Assembly (NCBI RefSeq): GCF_009914755.1
Contig: NC_060930.1
Source: the human T2T-CHM13v2.0 reference genome, Homo sapiens
DNA: 64,000 bases
Reading direction: 5' to 3' (one strand)
In this document: piece by piece, positions 48,210-62,914 of the stretch
Position numbering within the stretch: the first letter of the stretch is position 1
Layout of the letters: each line of letters begins with the position of its first letter
The notes under the pieces: generated by a model
Seen by the model: only the letters and a program-made list of their open reading frames with translations
What the model was told of the DNA's origin: nothing
The model's database searches: none
Position numbers and translations under genes: made by a program

Positions 48210-48430
48210 ATTTATTGATCCTTGTATGGGCCAGACACTGCTCTAAGTATGTAGCATGCAGTGTCTGACTTAATCCTCAGAACACTTTATAAAGTAGGCA
48301 TTACTATTACAGCCATTTTCCATGGAGGGAAATTATGATTTAGAGAGATGAAGTAACTTGCTCAAGGTTGCACAGCTAGGAAGTGGCTGAACCAGAGGCA
48401 GTCCCCAAGGCCAGGCCCTAGGTCACAAAG
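48210..48430 (-). mobile_element. MIR relic
   Basis: gaagtaacttgctcaaggttgcacagctaggaagtggc. Confidence 0.72.
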
Positions 48431-51400
48431 CTATCTGCCCCCATGTTAAAGATGTCCAGTGTACATTTAGTGGCATGGAAAGGAGTTCCCATGTTCCTTA
48501 TAGGTTCACTTAAAAGATAGATTACAAGATCATATATAGTACACAATCACCTTTTTGTAAAATACATATTATACTAAAATGCATGTTTTTACATTTATGT
48601 GCTCACATGCATATCTGTGTCTTTATCTTTGCACAAGGACTAAAAGAAAGAATTCACATCTAAAGGTTCTCTGGGAGGCAGGGTCGTGGGATAATGGGGT
48701 TTTTCTTTTCTTTTTGCTTACTCCAATGTTTCACGGTTTTCTAGAATGAGAATAGGTCACTTGTATGATACTTTTAAAAATGTTTTCAGTTGACCTCCAA
48801 GTAGCCTAGAACTTCAGAGGTCCTTACATATTACCCAATCTAATCTTCTTCCTAGCAAGAAGATGCAAGCCTAGAGAAACCAAGCAAGTGCCTCCCAGTG
48901 TCTTGGCTAACTAATACCAGAGCCAGGATTGTGACCGGGCTGCCTATCCCCGACCCCAGGCTCTTAGAACCACCTCCACCCCAGGAAGGCATCTGACTGT
49001 GCTCACCTGCACAGTGAAGAAAAACACAACTTGGACACTCACTCATTGGACACTCACTCATCCTTCTGAGCATTCAGCCACCTACCTTCACTCGCTATAA
49101 CTAGCATCCTGAGTGACACCCTGCTGCCCTACAAAACAACGATGCCCTGGGAGATGAAATGCCTGAAGAGCATGACACTGCAGCCTCCAACCAGCTCCGG
49201 ATCATTCTTCCTAGACCAATGACTCTGAACAGAGAAATCTATCAGCATCCCCCGGCAACATCTTCTGAAGATGAGGCCTGCATGGAGATTCTGACTCAGT
49301 GGGCATAGAGAGGGGCCTACGTCAGAACATACTGAAAAATGTTTCCGTGCGAAACTAATGTACATCCCCAATTAAGGAACCCTGGTCTATATAAATCTTC
49401 AAGTGTCAGTGTCTTAACTGGGAACTAGACACAGTTGTTTTCATCCTAATTTAAAACTCTGTCTGCTGTTAGGAAGAACAGACGCATCCCTCTCTGCCAG
49501 AAGCCTTGACGTGGATGAGGCTTTCTTTTTAGTTGTTTCTCATCCTCAGGAGAACATTGAGAAGGGCGAAGGGGGTGTTGGCTTACTCCCCCACGTTGCT
49601 CCAATACATCTGGCCGAACCCCCAGTCAGGCCATTGAGAACCCAAAGCTGGTCAGCAGTGTATAGGAACAGGGCAGACCTGACAGCAGCTCGAGAGCCAG
49701 CACTGGGGACCAAGGCGTGGTCCACAAGGGAGGCCTCACCGGCCGTGAGCGTTCCAAGCATCCACAAGGTTACAGCAGACATCAGAGCTCCAGAAGGAGC
49801 TTAGAACATCAACTCACTCTTAGCATCCATCACCAGCAGCAGTGGAAGCAATTCAGAAGCAAACCTTCTCCAGAAACAAGATGAGGCTGGTCTTCTCTGC
49901 TTCCTCTTTAAAAAATGAAACTTGAAGGGGGCAAGAGCTATGATGTCCTCCAGGCTTTTGCTTTCTACCTCCCTCTTCCTGTCATGAAGGATTGGTGGTA
50001 CGGGAATATTTCCACATTCTGTTAACATGGAGGAGAGAGAAGGGACTCTGATTCCGCCAGCCATCACTGCTAAAACAGGGCTTGAGGGTTGGGGACACCA
50101 GCGTCCTTCTCACTGAAGTAGCAATGTTGAAAGAAAACAGAAAGATGGCCCCATTGGAAAAAGAACAGAAAACGTTTACAATGAAGTGGGATGTAAAGGT
50201 AGAAAGTAGAAGGAAAGAAACACAAGAAAATTAAAATGCGCTTGTAAAACTGTGAACTACATTATGCTATATTACCAGTAATTTCAGTGACTGCTCACTT
50301 AGGAACGCTTTTCTTTTAAAAGAAAAACAGAGCCAGCTCTTTCTTAGTTGAATAATAACAGAGAGAATCTTAAAGTCTGGATTGCGTTTCTTGGTTTTTA
50401 ACATTGTTTACATTTGTTATTTGTATATATTAATACATAAGTAGATTTTAAATAAATCCTACCTGGGAATCATTTTTAGAAATTTTGGGTTTTGTTTTTT
50501 TTTTTGACAGTTCCATATTTAGCTAGACTATTGAACTCAGTAAAATGTAGGGCTACGTTATGATTGTAAAGAACATTACAGCTAAAAACTCAAAATAATA
50601 AGTGTTTTGTTTAAAATTACAGCCAATTCTTCTGACATACGAAGTGATAGTGGTTCCCCAGCTAAAAGAACGTGCTGGCCTTGCTTATGAATATACACAA
50701 TTTGGATGATATTTTTACATCCTTACTAACTTCATAGTACCGGGGACAGCTACAGCTAGGGCTACCTTAATCTCTAGTGGAGCACAAAGAATGCAACCTC
50801 AAGCCGGGGGCAGGTTTCAACTCCCCTTGCATATCCAGGCTGAATATTCCCCGTTCTACACAACTTCCACAAAACAGCTTGAGCCACCCCCTTGGGCAGA
50901 GACCTAAGCTCTCCTCCTCTTCTCCTTCTGATAAAATCTCCTTTGACATCCAAGGAAGTGCAAACCCATCTCAGCCTTTCTCTGACTCAAGGCTTCTATT
51001 TCTCAGCTAGAAAGCATTTGCCTCAGGGATTATATTAAGACAGCAAATGTTGTGGGAAGAACATCAGCCATAAAGGCAGAAGGCAAAGGTTCAAGTCACA
51101 ATGAAGTCGCTTCCTTCCATGTAGGACACAAAGCCTCTCTGAGCCATGATCTGTCCCTCATAGGCAGGGAGAATCCACTCTGTGTTGGGTACAAAGCCAA
51201 TCGATGCCAAAGCACTCCCCACACTGCACGGTGCCTCCAAATACAAATGAGGAGCGGAGAAACGAAGACGGACATCAGCTCTGTGCTATGCCAGCATTCC
51301 CTCCGGTCCACAGCCTTGTCCCCCAGGCAGTGAATCTCTCTCCCTGTGCAAGCAGGCCCAGGCACATGCTTCTCAGCAGGTCCTGAGATCCTCCACAGGA

Positions 51401-53099
51401 AACGCGAAGCAGGCTGGTTTCCTGGCTGCCCACCTGGAGGCCTTGCAAGCTAGCCTTGTTCTGCCAACGACTATGTGCCGACCCCCAGACAGCATCCACT
51501 GAGGTTTTCTCTGTCTAACATCTGCCAGTTAGTGGTGCTCCTGTTTTATGGATCTTCATTCACTGTAATCTTTGCTTGCTGCAGCAGGGGCTGGTTTAGC
51601 CCTAAGAGAGGGCTCTGCAACAACAGTGTTAAACAAATAGCACCAGGCCTGGTATTTTTAGATATGTTAAAATTCTCTCTAAGCGCAGTGTGAGGGCCTG
51701 AAAAACTCAGGCTGTTTCCTATGGCTGGGCGAATACTGATAAGAGCTTTATCCAATTTATAAGGCAAGAGAAGGAAATAATCATGTGTGATGGAATTGGA
51801 CAAATAATCCAGTTCCAAACAATTATGAAACATAATGTAATTACTGAAGACTGTGTCAGGGTCTGGCAGTATCAGATTTTTCTCTTTCATGAATCAACAA
51901 TAATCTAAAATTTTGATTCTTCCAGGCCTCATGAATCACCAAAAACTGTAGGCAACTAAAAATCAAGATAAAATCAATATACACACACGTGTATGGCACA
52001 GATACCTTTTCTTTTACATTTTTGGGAAATGATTTCACAGTGCTCCACAGACACACCCCTGCATACCCCACCAGGTAGGAGAAAGCACTTCAGTTAATGC
52101 CAACACCCCCCTCCAAATCCAATTCTGCATAACAGGGAGAGAAACTCATATTCTAGTTATGATTTCTTAGAGAGATGGGGAAGAAGTTTCATTACAGAAA
52201 TCACACTGCAGAAATGGACGAAATCCCTCAAAGGGATTTCCAATTCTCTGCCCAGAAGTCTCCTCTCTGGCCACCACCTCCACCTTCCCCCACTCACCAT
52301 CCACTGCTATTCAGAGCAGGCTGACGCTCCTCAACTTCCGACTTTTGTAACTGAAATCAAGACTTCTTCCTACCTGTAATGTCTGTTTATGAGATGAGGC
52401 CCTGACTGCAGAGATCAAAGGTGAGGTGAGGTGGATGTTTGAGGCAGAATTCTTCGTGCTGCTGGGCTATAGTCTGGACTGTGGTTTGGGAAAATAAGGG
52501 AAGCATCAGAGGAGGCTGAGGATTATAGAAAGGAAAGGAAGAAAGGGGTTGAGAGGAGGTCTGCTCCTTTCAAGGCATAGACCTACCTCCTCACCTAACC
52601 CTGGATCCTCACTTACATCTTAAGAAAGCCACTAAGTCACATGGAAAAAGACTAGGAATTACGGGTATGAACTGCAGTTCAGTTTGGTTTTCATCCATTT
52701 GATATCTCCCCATTTCCCACCAACAACTCAGGAAGACTCAGGTACATACCTATCATCTTCTCAGGTGCCTCCTCCAAATAGAGCTTCTCTTCCCTCCCCC
52801 CTTCCCGGTGTCTAGTGTCTCTAGTGTCAGGTGACTTTCCAGGTCCCCAGAGGAGACAGCAAGACATTGAGGGGGACCAGTGGCTCCGAATCTGAGGTGC
52901 TTACTCCTTCCTGAAACAGTTCTTTATTCTCGCCTTGAGCTTCTTCCCCACAAGCCCCACCCTCCAGGTGGGCACACCACACCACGAGCTCTATGCAGGG
53001 CTCTCATTTCACCTACAACAGAACAAAAGTTCTGACCAGACAGCTGTGCTCACCACCACCTCCTCCGCAGCAGGCTCCCACCATGCAGCCTTCACAGGG

Positions 53100-53208
53100 C
53101 TGGTCACATAAACCACCCTTCACACTGCTGCCAGGGCAACCTCTCTAAGATTAAAACCTCTCCATGCTCACTCTCTCTCTCTCCCTCCCTTTCTCTCCCT
53201 CCCTCCCT

Positions 53209-53260
<52 letters not shown>

Positions 53261-53800
53261 TCTGCATTTCTGCTTAAATGCCTTTAGTTCAAAATTTCCT
53301 TTTGCTTTTAGAGGAAAGCTCAAACTTTAAGTGGCTTGCAAAGCCCTTCGTGATTTGGCCTCTCCCTTTAACACCCTCTCCACACTCCAGCCCCTTGGAG
53401 CTTTCTTAAGTTCCTTGAGTAACTAAACTCTTTCTTGCCTCAGATCCTTGCATATGCTGACCTCCTCCTCCTCCTCCTTCACTCTGTAAAGAACTAGTTC
53501 TTACCAACCTTCAGTCATCACTTCAACACTGTCTCCCCAGAGAGGCCTTCTCTGACAAGCCCATGTAAATCAGATTTCCCAAACACAAACCTATATGCAG
53601 TCATGATTCTGTGGCACAGCAACCTGTGGCTCCTAGCTTCGTGGCTCTTACTGAAATTGGAATCACTCACTTCTTTGTCCACTGTTTTATCATCCAATTA
53701 AGAAGCTTACTATGATTTCCAAGATGGCAGAGGGGATGATTCACTCACCCAGCATCAGCACCATGCATATGGTAGGTTCCCGAAATCATGACATTATCAT
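53100..53800 (+). mobile_element. L2 relic containing a microsatellite
   Basis: ttcacactgctgccagg..ccagagaggccttctctgac..cccagcatcagcac. Confidence 0.55.
53170..53260. repeat. Compound microsatellite (CT)n/(CCCT)n/(CA)n
   Basis: Direct reading of the sequence. Confidence 0.95.
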
Positions 53801-54746
53801 AAGATATCATCATAACTTGTACTCCTCTTGGATCTTGCAGACAGACCAAATAGGAAATTATGCTGTATTTAGAGAACAATGGAAAAAAAAAAAAAAAAGA
53901 CAGCCTGGAGATTTGTATTGAAAAGTCCTGGAAATAAATGTGCATAGATGTGGTAGACAGGCTCACAGGGTAGCTCTTAAAAGCCCAGATGATAAGTCTG
54001 GGCTTGATCTGGCTCAATGCCTGAGAGGAACAATGATATAAACTAGAGGGTATCAAGAGATTAATACTGAGTCAAGGCAGGCCACATGGAGGAGTGAAGG
54101 GCTCCGATCCTGAATTGGAGAAGAATAAGGGAAGACAGACTAATGTCTTCTCTCTCATAGGAGGAACCACCAGATCTAAAAGACAGATGTTTGTTCCTGT
54201 GGGCAAAATTGGATTCAATTGGTACAAGCTTTGCCCCAGTACAAAAATAAGCATGTTAATACCTCAAACTGTCCAATAACAATCACTGTCCAATATTACT
54301 GCATGAGGTAGTGAAGTGCTGGTGGCTAGAGGTGATGGGAAGGGGACAGAATAAGGTGGTTGGGGAGATCATTTCTATATTATCCAGCAGGAGACTGGAT
54401 TTTGATGATCCTTTTCCATTGCAACACTCAAAGCTCAATGGAAAACCATCAAAAGTTTTGAGCCAAGAGTAATGTGATTTTTTTAAAATGATGTGTTATA
54501 TCAGAAAGTTCTGTGAAAGGTTTTGTAAACTAAGAAGTTTTCAGTACCAAATGAAAGAATTAGAGGCACCCTGAGATATCAGAAGACCAGGATGGAGAAT
54601 TATTACTCCAAATGAAATTTGATTTGACAAAAACAGTGTAAGAAAATAGCATTTGCAAGATTTGTAACAGCTATCAAAGTCTCCAAGATAAGAACTTTCC
54701 TTAGGACTAACATCTTTAATGATAAGTAGATAAAGGCTTCTACCTC

Positions 54747-54913
54747 AGTAATTAAAATAAGGCTCTCTTATGCCATATTTGGGATACTCAATCACAGCCG
54801 TGTTCAAGATCAAAAACTTATGGGATGTCTGATGTTTACATAGATTCCAACTAGCAGTTGAAGAGATTTCTGCACTATAAGTAATTAAAACAAGGCTCTC
54901 TTATGCCATATTT
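54747..54913. repeat. 34-bp direct repeats flanking 99 bp of unique sequence
   Basis: agtaattaaaa(t/c)aaggctctcttatgccatattt at 54747-54780 and 54880-54913. Confidence 0.9.
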
Positions 54914-54999
54914 AAGTTTCTAAAGGAGACTTAAGCAACCTCTGCTACATGTAGTATGGTTGGTGTAAAAAGAAAAACACCTTATTTAAAAATGTCTAA

Positions 55000-55416
<417 letters not shown>

Positions 55417-57084
55417 TAGCCAGTTCTTAAAGTGCCCAGCCCTGGGCAATCACCGCATCTGTTCTATATTCTCCCTTTCCTTTTCCTTTCCTTTTCTTTG
55501 CCTGTGTGACTAGAAAAAGGGTCTCTGGAGTAAAGATGTCACCTGTGAAACTCTGGGTGGTGATTCAAACATTTGCAAACATTCTAACTGTTTTCGCTCG
55601 AGGGCGGTGGTGGTTATAGTTTCAGCTTGCCCTAAATACACATGCCCACGCCCATGTCAGCTGGTGCCTCCTCCATACACACAGGGTGGAACTTGCACCT
55701 GTTGCCAGCTGACTTAATTCTCTTTTATCATTCAAAGGAAAAACAACAAACATGTTTTCCACCATTTTCAGTTAAAGAGAATGTTTTGCCTTCTATAGGA
55801 GAAAGGGGTTGTGAGGGAGGGGAAAAATGTTTCATCAGAGCGAATCCTCTACACAGCTTCCTTTGGTCTGGCCATGACCAGGTCAGTCAAGCCAACAGAA
55901 AATGGTAAATTCACATTTATGGTGTGAACCAAGGCCATCACTAATAAAACTGTAACCTCGCTGGTGGAATACTGAAATATGTCTTGACATCTTTGCAAGA
56001 GTTGTAAAGAGAGCCTGGAAAAGAAAAGGAAAGCCCAAGCATTGTTTGCATTTTCTTTTTGCATTTCATTCAGCAAAGACTTTTTAAAAACTTAGTAGAG
56101 GGTGATACCAGATGTATTTAGTCTGCAGTATGGCCAGCCTTTAAGTACATGAAGTAATCCCGTCCAAACAGCAGCACAAGTGCCTCAGTTATCTCAGGTA
56201 ACCAGTTTGGAAACAGCAAGAGGGCTTTGGGTTAAATATCAGAAAATATTCATAAGACACCATAACAACAGAAACAGAGTCGAACTAAAACTTTGTGGCA
56301 AAGCCAATATGTAAATCACAGCTGGTGATTTCTGTTAGGAACTTTGGTTTGGGAGGTTTCACAGCTTCATCTCCAAAGCCCCGATTCAAAACCACAATGT
56401 TCAGCAAGTCAGTGAGATTTCATGCTTTTATCTGAAACCCAGACCGACAAATGCATCTCTTGATGCAATTCAGGATCTCTGAATCTTCGCTAAAGAACCG
56501 AGCTAACCCATGGAACGCAATCTCAAAGCCTTGCTCTTACCCAGAGAAGCACAGTTGCCACTTAAAGGTTCAATAAAAGGAGAGGTAGGGAAATGCCTGC
56601 TGCCACAGCCCATTAGTTGCTACATTTAAACCCCTACCACAGTAACCAAATGTGATTGAGGTTTCAGAAGGAAACCTACACGGTATGAAATGTAGCAATC
56701 ATTGGTCTATAAATATAGGATGTTATTCACTGTCAAGTACTTTCTCTAAAGGAGGGGTAGGGGGAATTCTTACTGCAAAGGTAGGTTGCAAAATTTTTTC
56801 ACCTAGAAATAATTTAGAAACCGGCTGGGGCACAATCTCATAATGTCTCAGGTGCAAAAAGTTTCTGATGCACCGGAAACAAAAGCTGGCAAAACAAAAG
56901 CGACGTCAGTTGTCTCTCTGTTCTACCAATTGAAGCTTGGGTGTAAAAGGAGAATGTTTTTTAAATCCAGGGATTAGTGAGGGACGCTAACCCCTGAACC
57001 GGGATTACTGAGGGACAGAGAAAGAAAATGTAGAGGAGGAAAAAGGAACATTTTACAAAAGATTTCCTTCGTAACTACCTTCAG

Positions 57085-57620
57085 ACCCCGGGGCTGCAGA
57101 AAGGAGTAGGCGGCTGCGGTGTCCTGGGCCCTGCGCGTCCACGCGTGGGAGGCGAGGCCAAGGCTGCCAGGAGGCGCTCCCGCACCCCAGGTGCGCTCCT
57201 CCAAGGAGGCCCACCCGCCTCCGCTGGCCCAGTTTTCGCTGTTTTCTCGGCGCACCACGGCGCCTGCAGTTAGTAGGCAATCCATCCCCCCGAGCTGCAG
57301 CGAGTTAAGCTGCAGGCCTTTTGTAACGGCCTCAGGTGTGAGCTGCCGCAAGCCCCCCCCACCCCCACCCCCGACCAGAGGATCACCGGCCCGGCCGAGA
57401 GGACTAGGAGCCAGGTGTGCGAGGCCGAGGGATCCACGCCGTTCCCGCCCAGCGCCCCCTGGGTTATTAGGCCTCGCTCCCCCACACAGCCCAGCTGGTA
57501 GCGAGGCCGGAATCAGGGCCCTCCGTCGGAGCTCCCACCTTTAAAAGAACGCGTCCAGAGGGCGGAGCCAGCTTAAAAGCGGGTCGAGACATTCACCTGT
57601 GGTTAGGCAAAGACACGAGA
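57085..57620. promoter_or_regulatory. CpG island / probable promoter of an unidentified gene or lncRNA
   Basis: GC- and CpG-rich non-repeat tract in an otherwise CpG-poor window. GC box GGGCGG at 57560-57565; CRE-like GACGTCA at 56902-56908; minus-strand donor AAG|GTAGTT at 57079. Confidence 0.75.
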
Positions 57621-58609
57621 GAAATAGTTAATTCCTCAGGTGCCCCAAATCACAATAGAGCTCGGGAAGGAGGAACAACTTGACAGAGAAAAGAGGACAG
57701 GACATTGATCAGGGAAGATGTCTGCAGAGCTTGAGGTTGGGGGATTGGGTTCCAACCAGGGAAGGTAATTCTGCAAAATTGGAACACACAGGCCCTCTGT
57801 CTGTAGGCAAGTCTGACAAAGGGCACAATCCAGGAAATGGAATCGAGATGCGTCCCCTGCCTCTCAGCCTACTGACCCACTTTCCTCCGGCTACGTCTCC
57901 CCCAGATCCATGCCCCTCCTTAAATCTTCCTGCTAGCCCAGAGGGAGGAAGGATGAGGCCTGGGGATCACAATGTAGGTGGAACGAGAAACCTGGGTCTG
58001 TTTGACAGTTTCAGAAGCAAAGAAGCGTCTCTCTCTTTCCCAAAAAAAAAATCCTTTCTGAGCCCCCCTCACTCAGTCCCACCATACATACATACACAAT
58101 GCACCTGAGGAGACCTCCAACTCCCTGTCAAGGAGGCTGAATTTCTACACGTAGTCGCTCATTTTGTTTAAAGCGCAGAAAACATCTGCACCTAATAAAA
58201 GATGTTAGTGTGCCATTCTAGAAAAGAGAAGCCTTTGATACATTCTTTGGTGTTAATGCTGCGGCATGAAGTATTTTCCCAGATTGCAGTCTGTTATCTG
58301 AATGGGGCAAAGATTCCCTAAGTGAAGGGAATATTGAAAGAAAGTTCTGGAGCATGCAATCCTGTCCAGTTGAAGTACTGCAGGAAAAGGAAGCACGCAC
58401 ACACATATGTACACAAATGCACACTCATACAGGCAAATCCTCCATGACTGTGCCTCAGAATCACCTTATTCAATTGACAGAAGCACAGTGTGACTACCAT
58501 ACTTTTGTTACATCCATGAAGTGTGTGTAAAGAAACACAAGTCACACGATCCTTGGCTGGCATGGCTGCCTCTGCCCTGCAAGTGCCCATGGCCACAGGG
58601 AGTTGCAAT

Positions 58610-59000
58610 GGTACCAGCATGGGCTTTGCATTAAGTATATTTAGGTTTGAATCCTAATTCTCGCACCTTCTGACACAACCACCTGAATTCAAGTTCTGGT
58701 TCTTGCTCTCAGAAGCTGTGTGGTCTTGGGCAGGTGACCTGACTTCCCTGCCTCTCTGTTTCCTCATCTGCAGTGAGTGTAGTAACCTCAGACAATCCAT
58801 GCAAAGCACTTAGCGTGGTGCCCGCCACGTGCTCAATAAAAATGAACTATCATCACTTCAATTATTAACCATTAGATTTTGGGTAATTTTCCTGCTCTCA
58901 GCCTCAGATTCCTCATCTGTAACATGGAGATGATCTTATCTACTTTGACAGGAATATTATGCAGGTTGAAGGAGATATTATGTAGGAGAGTTAGGGAGCA
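58610..59000 (+). mobile_element. Cluster of MIR relics
   Basis: tgtggtcttgggcagg..ctgtttcctcatctg and ctcagattcctcatctgtaacatgg. Confidence 0.68.
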
Positions 59001-61498
59001 CTCAACAGATGACAGCAGTGATGGTGATTAGGAGAAGGAGGATGAGGATGATTTTGACGTTAAATATGTTCAAGCCAAGCCAGAATATTCACAGGTACCA
59101 GCCCAAGCCCACCCGTTAACAGGAAAGGTAAGCACCCATTCACCCCTGCCTGCCCCTGGATGGTGACAATATTTGTCTCATCAGGTGGATTCTCTTTGGC
59201 CTAATTAGTTTTACGCAATTAGGTCTGAAACTACATATGATATAACCCAAATTCAGGGAATCTCAGCTATTTAATTGTTTCTTTCCTTTTTCCCTTTTCT
59301 CTAAGCTCTGATGTAAGGTAGTGTCTCAGGTAATTGACTCATCTGCCCGTATTTGTTCATTACAGCTGTTGCTAGGAAGTTATTATGTAAATGGCCCTGC
59401 TCCTCAATCTCCATTATGCTTTCTTCTTGTTATTGTGAGATGGAATTAAGTGCTAGCCCTGTATTGAGTTTTTATTAGAGTCTTTTTATACTTTCTTATT
59501 TTTCTCTCCTCCTTTATCAGTCCCTTTAGAAGTTAATCCTTTTAAGGACTTTAAAGAAGATGCAGAAATTCTTGAGCACCTTGGTGGGGAAGGGGGCTGG
59601 ATTTCAAAGTGGGTTGAGCCTCTCCTTCTTCATTGTGTTGATATTTAGTACCTGGCTTCTTTAATTTTCAAAAAAAATCAAATTTAAAACATCATCATGC
59701 TCCTATAAGCTTCACTACTTCTGATAATCAAATAGCAGGTTTCAACTTGACACATGGATAGGGTAGCAGTGTGCCACGTTCATTACCATCCCTTCTACTG
59801 GATTAGGTAACTGAGTCTAATAAAGATAAAAAGCTTCCAAGATAAAAGGAAAAAACAAACACTAGTACCAAAAGTAAACAATAAATTAAATAACTAGCAC
59901 AAAACCAATTTGGAAATATAGGATTAGGATGTTGCTTTATTTTTTTGCCACATTGCAAAAGATATTTGTTACATGTTCCAAAGTGCAGAGTCAATATAAT
60001 TTTCACCCCCTAAAGGTATACCGCACATGTATGAAGATTTCAAAACCAGCCCAGCAGGATTTCCAACAAATGGAAAGTGAAGTTGCACATTTCATTTCAG
60101 ATACCTGTTTCTAAATCATTGATTTTTGTAGAAATGTCACACTGTACTGAAGAGAAGTCTCTCTTTCTCAATAAGCATACAGCCAACTTCCCAGAAAATG
60201 CCAACGTTTTTAGTTAAGACAGAAAGCTTCAGAAAAGCCCATGAAATTCAACTCACTCTCCCACCTTATGCACACAATATCCAGCGACTTCAGTTACACA
60301 CCAGCCTTCATCCCTGCACTTCAGGGGGAGTTTTAAGCCTAAAACAAGGAGTGAATTGGCCCTACCCCTGCTGAAAATTTGTGGGAAGAACAGTGGGAAT
60401 CAACTACTTACTCTTTAGTTTCAATACACAGAGGAGAAAGGGTTAGACTTATTGCTCAGGGTAATAAGGTCAAAGCTGTAAGGGGTAAAAAGACTGCAGG
60501 TTTACACATGTAGTTTTATTTTTCACGATGCTTTAACCTTCAAGCCAAATCTTCAAAGACTAGAACCAGCACTCTAAGAATAGAACACATGTTCAAATTC
60601 AGTGTCTCCACCAAAACTATGTACATTTAACTTAAAAGAAGAGATGATGGCTGGAAAACAAATAGAGGAAACAAGAATGAAAAATTCTAGATAAATGTTG
60701 AATCTGAGTAAAGTGTCTATAAGGGTTCATTATTACTATTTTCACTATTAATACTTTTGTGTGTGTTTGAGAATTTTCGCAGTGAAGTATTTCATGGAGT
60801 CCCTCTTACTCAAAGAAGATTGGGAATCACTAGACCAGAGGGTAGAACGGTGACTCAGCCATTTATCTCGTGGAAGAAGGCAAGAATAGTTCCACTGAAT
60901 AGTGCTTACATTTCTCTGAGGCTCTTGGGCATCAGCATAAAGATGTTCAATGTTCTTTGGTTAAGAGGACCATCCTTCTCAAGAATCATGGTGGCGGATT
61001 ATGACTTCTCCCCCCTGAAGGCTGAGCTCAATGTGCTTATTGGCCTAATGTCAGTTTTAGAAAAAACTGGGGAGAAGACCTTTGACTGTGGCTAACTATA
61101 CACAACACAAAGCTTGATGTGGGGTGAATAAAACAGGCAGCAGGGGTAGAGACAGGCAGTAATTTCATAAATGCACTAAAGTGCTAGAGGTGCTATATTA
61201 GAAGGAATAGTGGGGTACAGACAAGACAGGGAATCAGAAAAAGTTTCCTAAAGGAGGTGAATCTCAGCAACTTCCTGCACAGCCTGCTGTACAGTCCACA
61301 ATTCCCAGTCCATTGTAGGTGGTAAGTACTTATTGAATGTTATTGAACACTGTCACCACTCTTTCTTAAAAATTGTCCGTGGCTCAACTCTAAACACAAA
61401 ATGAAATCCAAATTCTTCAGCCAGTCACTCAGGGCCCTTCATAGCCAGACAACATCCTCCTTTCCAATCTATCCAGACTTATCTCCTGCAATCCCATC

Positions 61499-61883
61499 TG
61501 ATATAGTCTGGCTCTGTATCCCCACCCAAATCTTGTCTTGAATTGTAATCAAAATTGTAATCCCCAAGTGTTTGGGAAGGGACCTCATGGGAGGTAATTA
61601 GATCATGAGGCAGTTTCCCCCATGCTGTTCTCATGATAGTGATAGTGAGTTCTCATGAGATCTGATGGTTGTATAAGGGGATTTTCCCCCCTTGGCTCTG
61701 CATTTCTCTCTCCTGCCGCCATGTGAAGAAGAAAGTGTTTGCTTCCCCTTCCATCATGATTGTCAGTTTCCTGAGGCACCCCACCCCAGCCATACAGAAC
61801 TGTGAGTCAATTAAATCTCTTTCCTTTATAAATTACCCAGTCTTGGGCAGTTCTTTATAGCAGCGTGAGAACAGATTAATACA
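61499..61883 (+). mobile_element. THE1D-like MaLR solo LTR
   Basis: tgatatagtctggctctg...ttaataca; near-TSD ccatc/ctatc. Confidence 0.88.
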
Positions 61884-62304
61884 CTATCTCTGCCTCCAGT
61901 CAATCTCAGGGAGCTCATTTCTCCAAACTTCCCTGAACCCTGATAACTCAGCATGTCCAGGTTGCATCTGTGCCCAGCCTAGCACCTCCAAAAGTGAGAG
62001 GAAAAGAGAAAGATGCAGGTCCTGAGGTGAGGCCAGGTGGATGCCATTTGCAGCAACAGGGAGAGTCAGGGAGGACGAGTGGCTTCTGCTATAGAACCTC
62101 ACCAAAAAGTAGGCAAGTCTGTCAATAGTTAAGAAAAATGTTTTCCATTATAAGGCCTCTGCACCCAGATAAAATCCTCCACAATCAGTTCCACAGAGGG
62201 AATGCTGCCCTACTTAAAGAAAGGTTTTCTGAAACATTTCTGAATCAGGAGTTCCTAAGTATTCACATGTAGAGTTTATTTTATGTCCTCCAGATCCAAA
62301 ATAC

Positions 62305-62760
62305 TGTCTCGGTTTTCATTCCTCCAGAAGCAAATGCTAATACAAGGATTTGGGTACAATTAAGTGATTTGGGAGGTGCCCATAGCCTTGCAGGGGAAGG
62401 GGCACATCAGACAGAGAAGGAAAGAAGCCAATAAGGAGTGTGTTGTGGAGCAGGTGACAACTGCAGGCAATGGGACCTTAATCCCACTGAGGAGCTCGAG
62501 ACATTCCATTTAATCTCAGCTCAAGCTGAGACTATCCCATGGGGTAAAGTAGCTGTGATAATTATCTACCAAGTACTGTCAATCATTGGTTGATAACATA
62601 AGGAGGGGAGAGTCATCTGGGTTCTGCAGTGGGCCTGTCCTCCTCCCCATGCAGGGCCTCACAGCTCTGGTAGCCAGAGAAAACCTTCAGGCAATGAGGT
62701 GTAAGTGTGGGAGGTGGAAGCCAGGCCAGCATGCCTGGAAATTGTAAGTGCTGTAGGGAT
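62305..62760. mobile_element. Old MLT1-type LTR relic
   Basis: ccagaagcaaatgct..caaggatttggg..gatttgggagg resembles old MLT1 subfamilies. Confidence 0.5.
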
Positions 62761-62914
62761 CTGAACAGTTTATTTTGATGCACTCCCTCAGGTTTATACA
62801 CACACATATGTAAATCTGTGAACTCATGTGTATTAAACTCTAAAGTTGAAAAAAGTACTACAATGATATCATCTTAATACTGGATAAAGTTCATCTTTTT
62901 ATATTGTCTTTCTA

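Noticed and set aside
54747-54913. Repeat-spacer-repeat as a CRISPR-like array
   Set aside because: Only two repeats, a 99-bp spacer, eukaryotic context and no cas genes.
56974-58108. 125-142-aa ORFs at the CpG island
   Set aside because: Stop-poor GC-rich sequence gives long frames on both strands; no known protein recognised.
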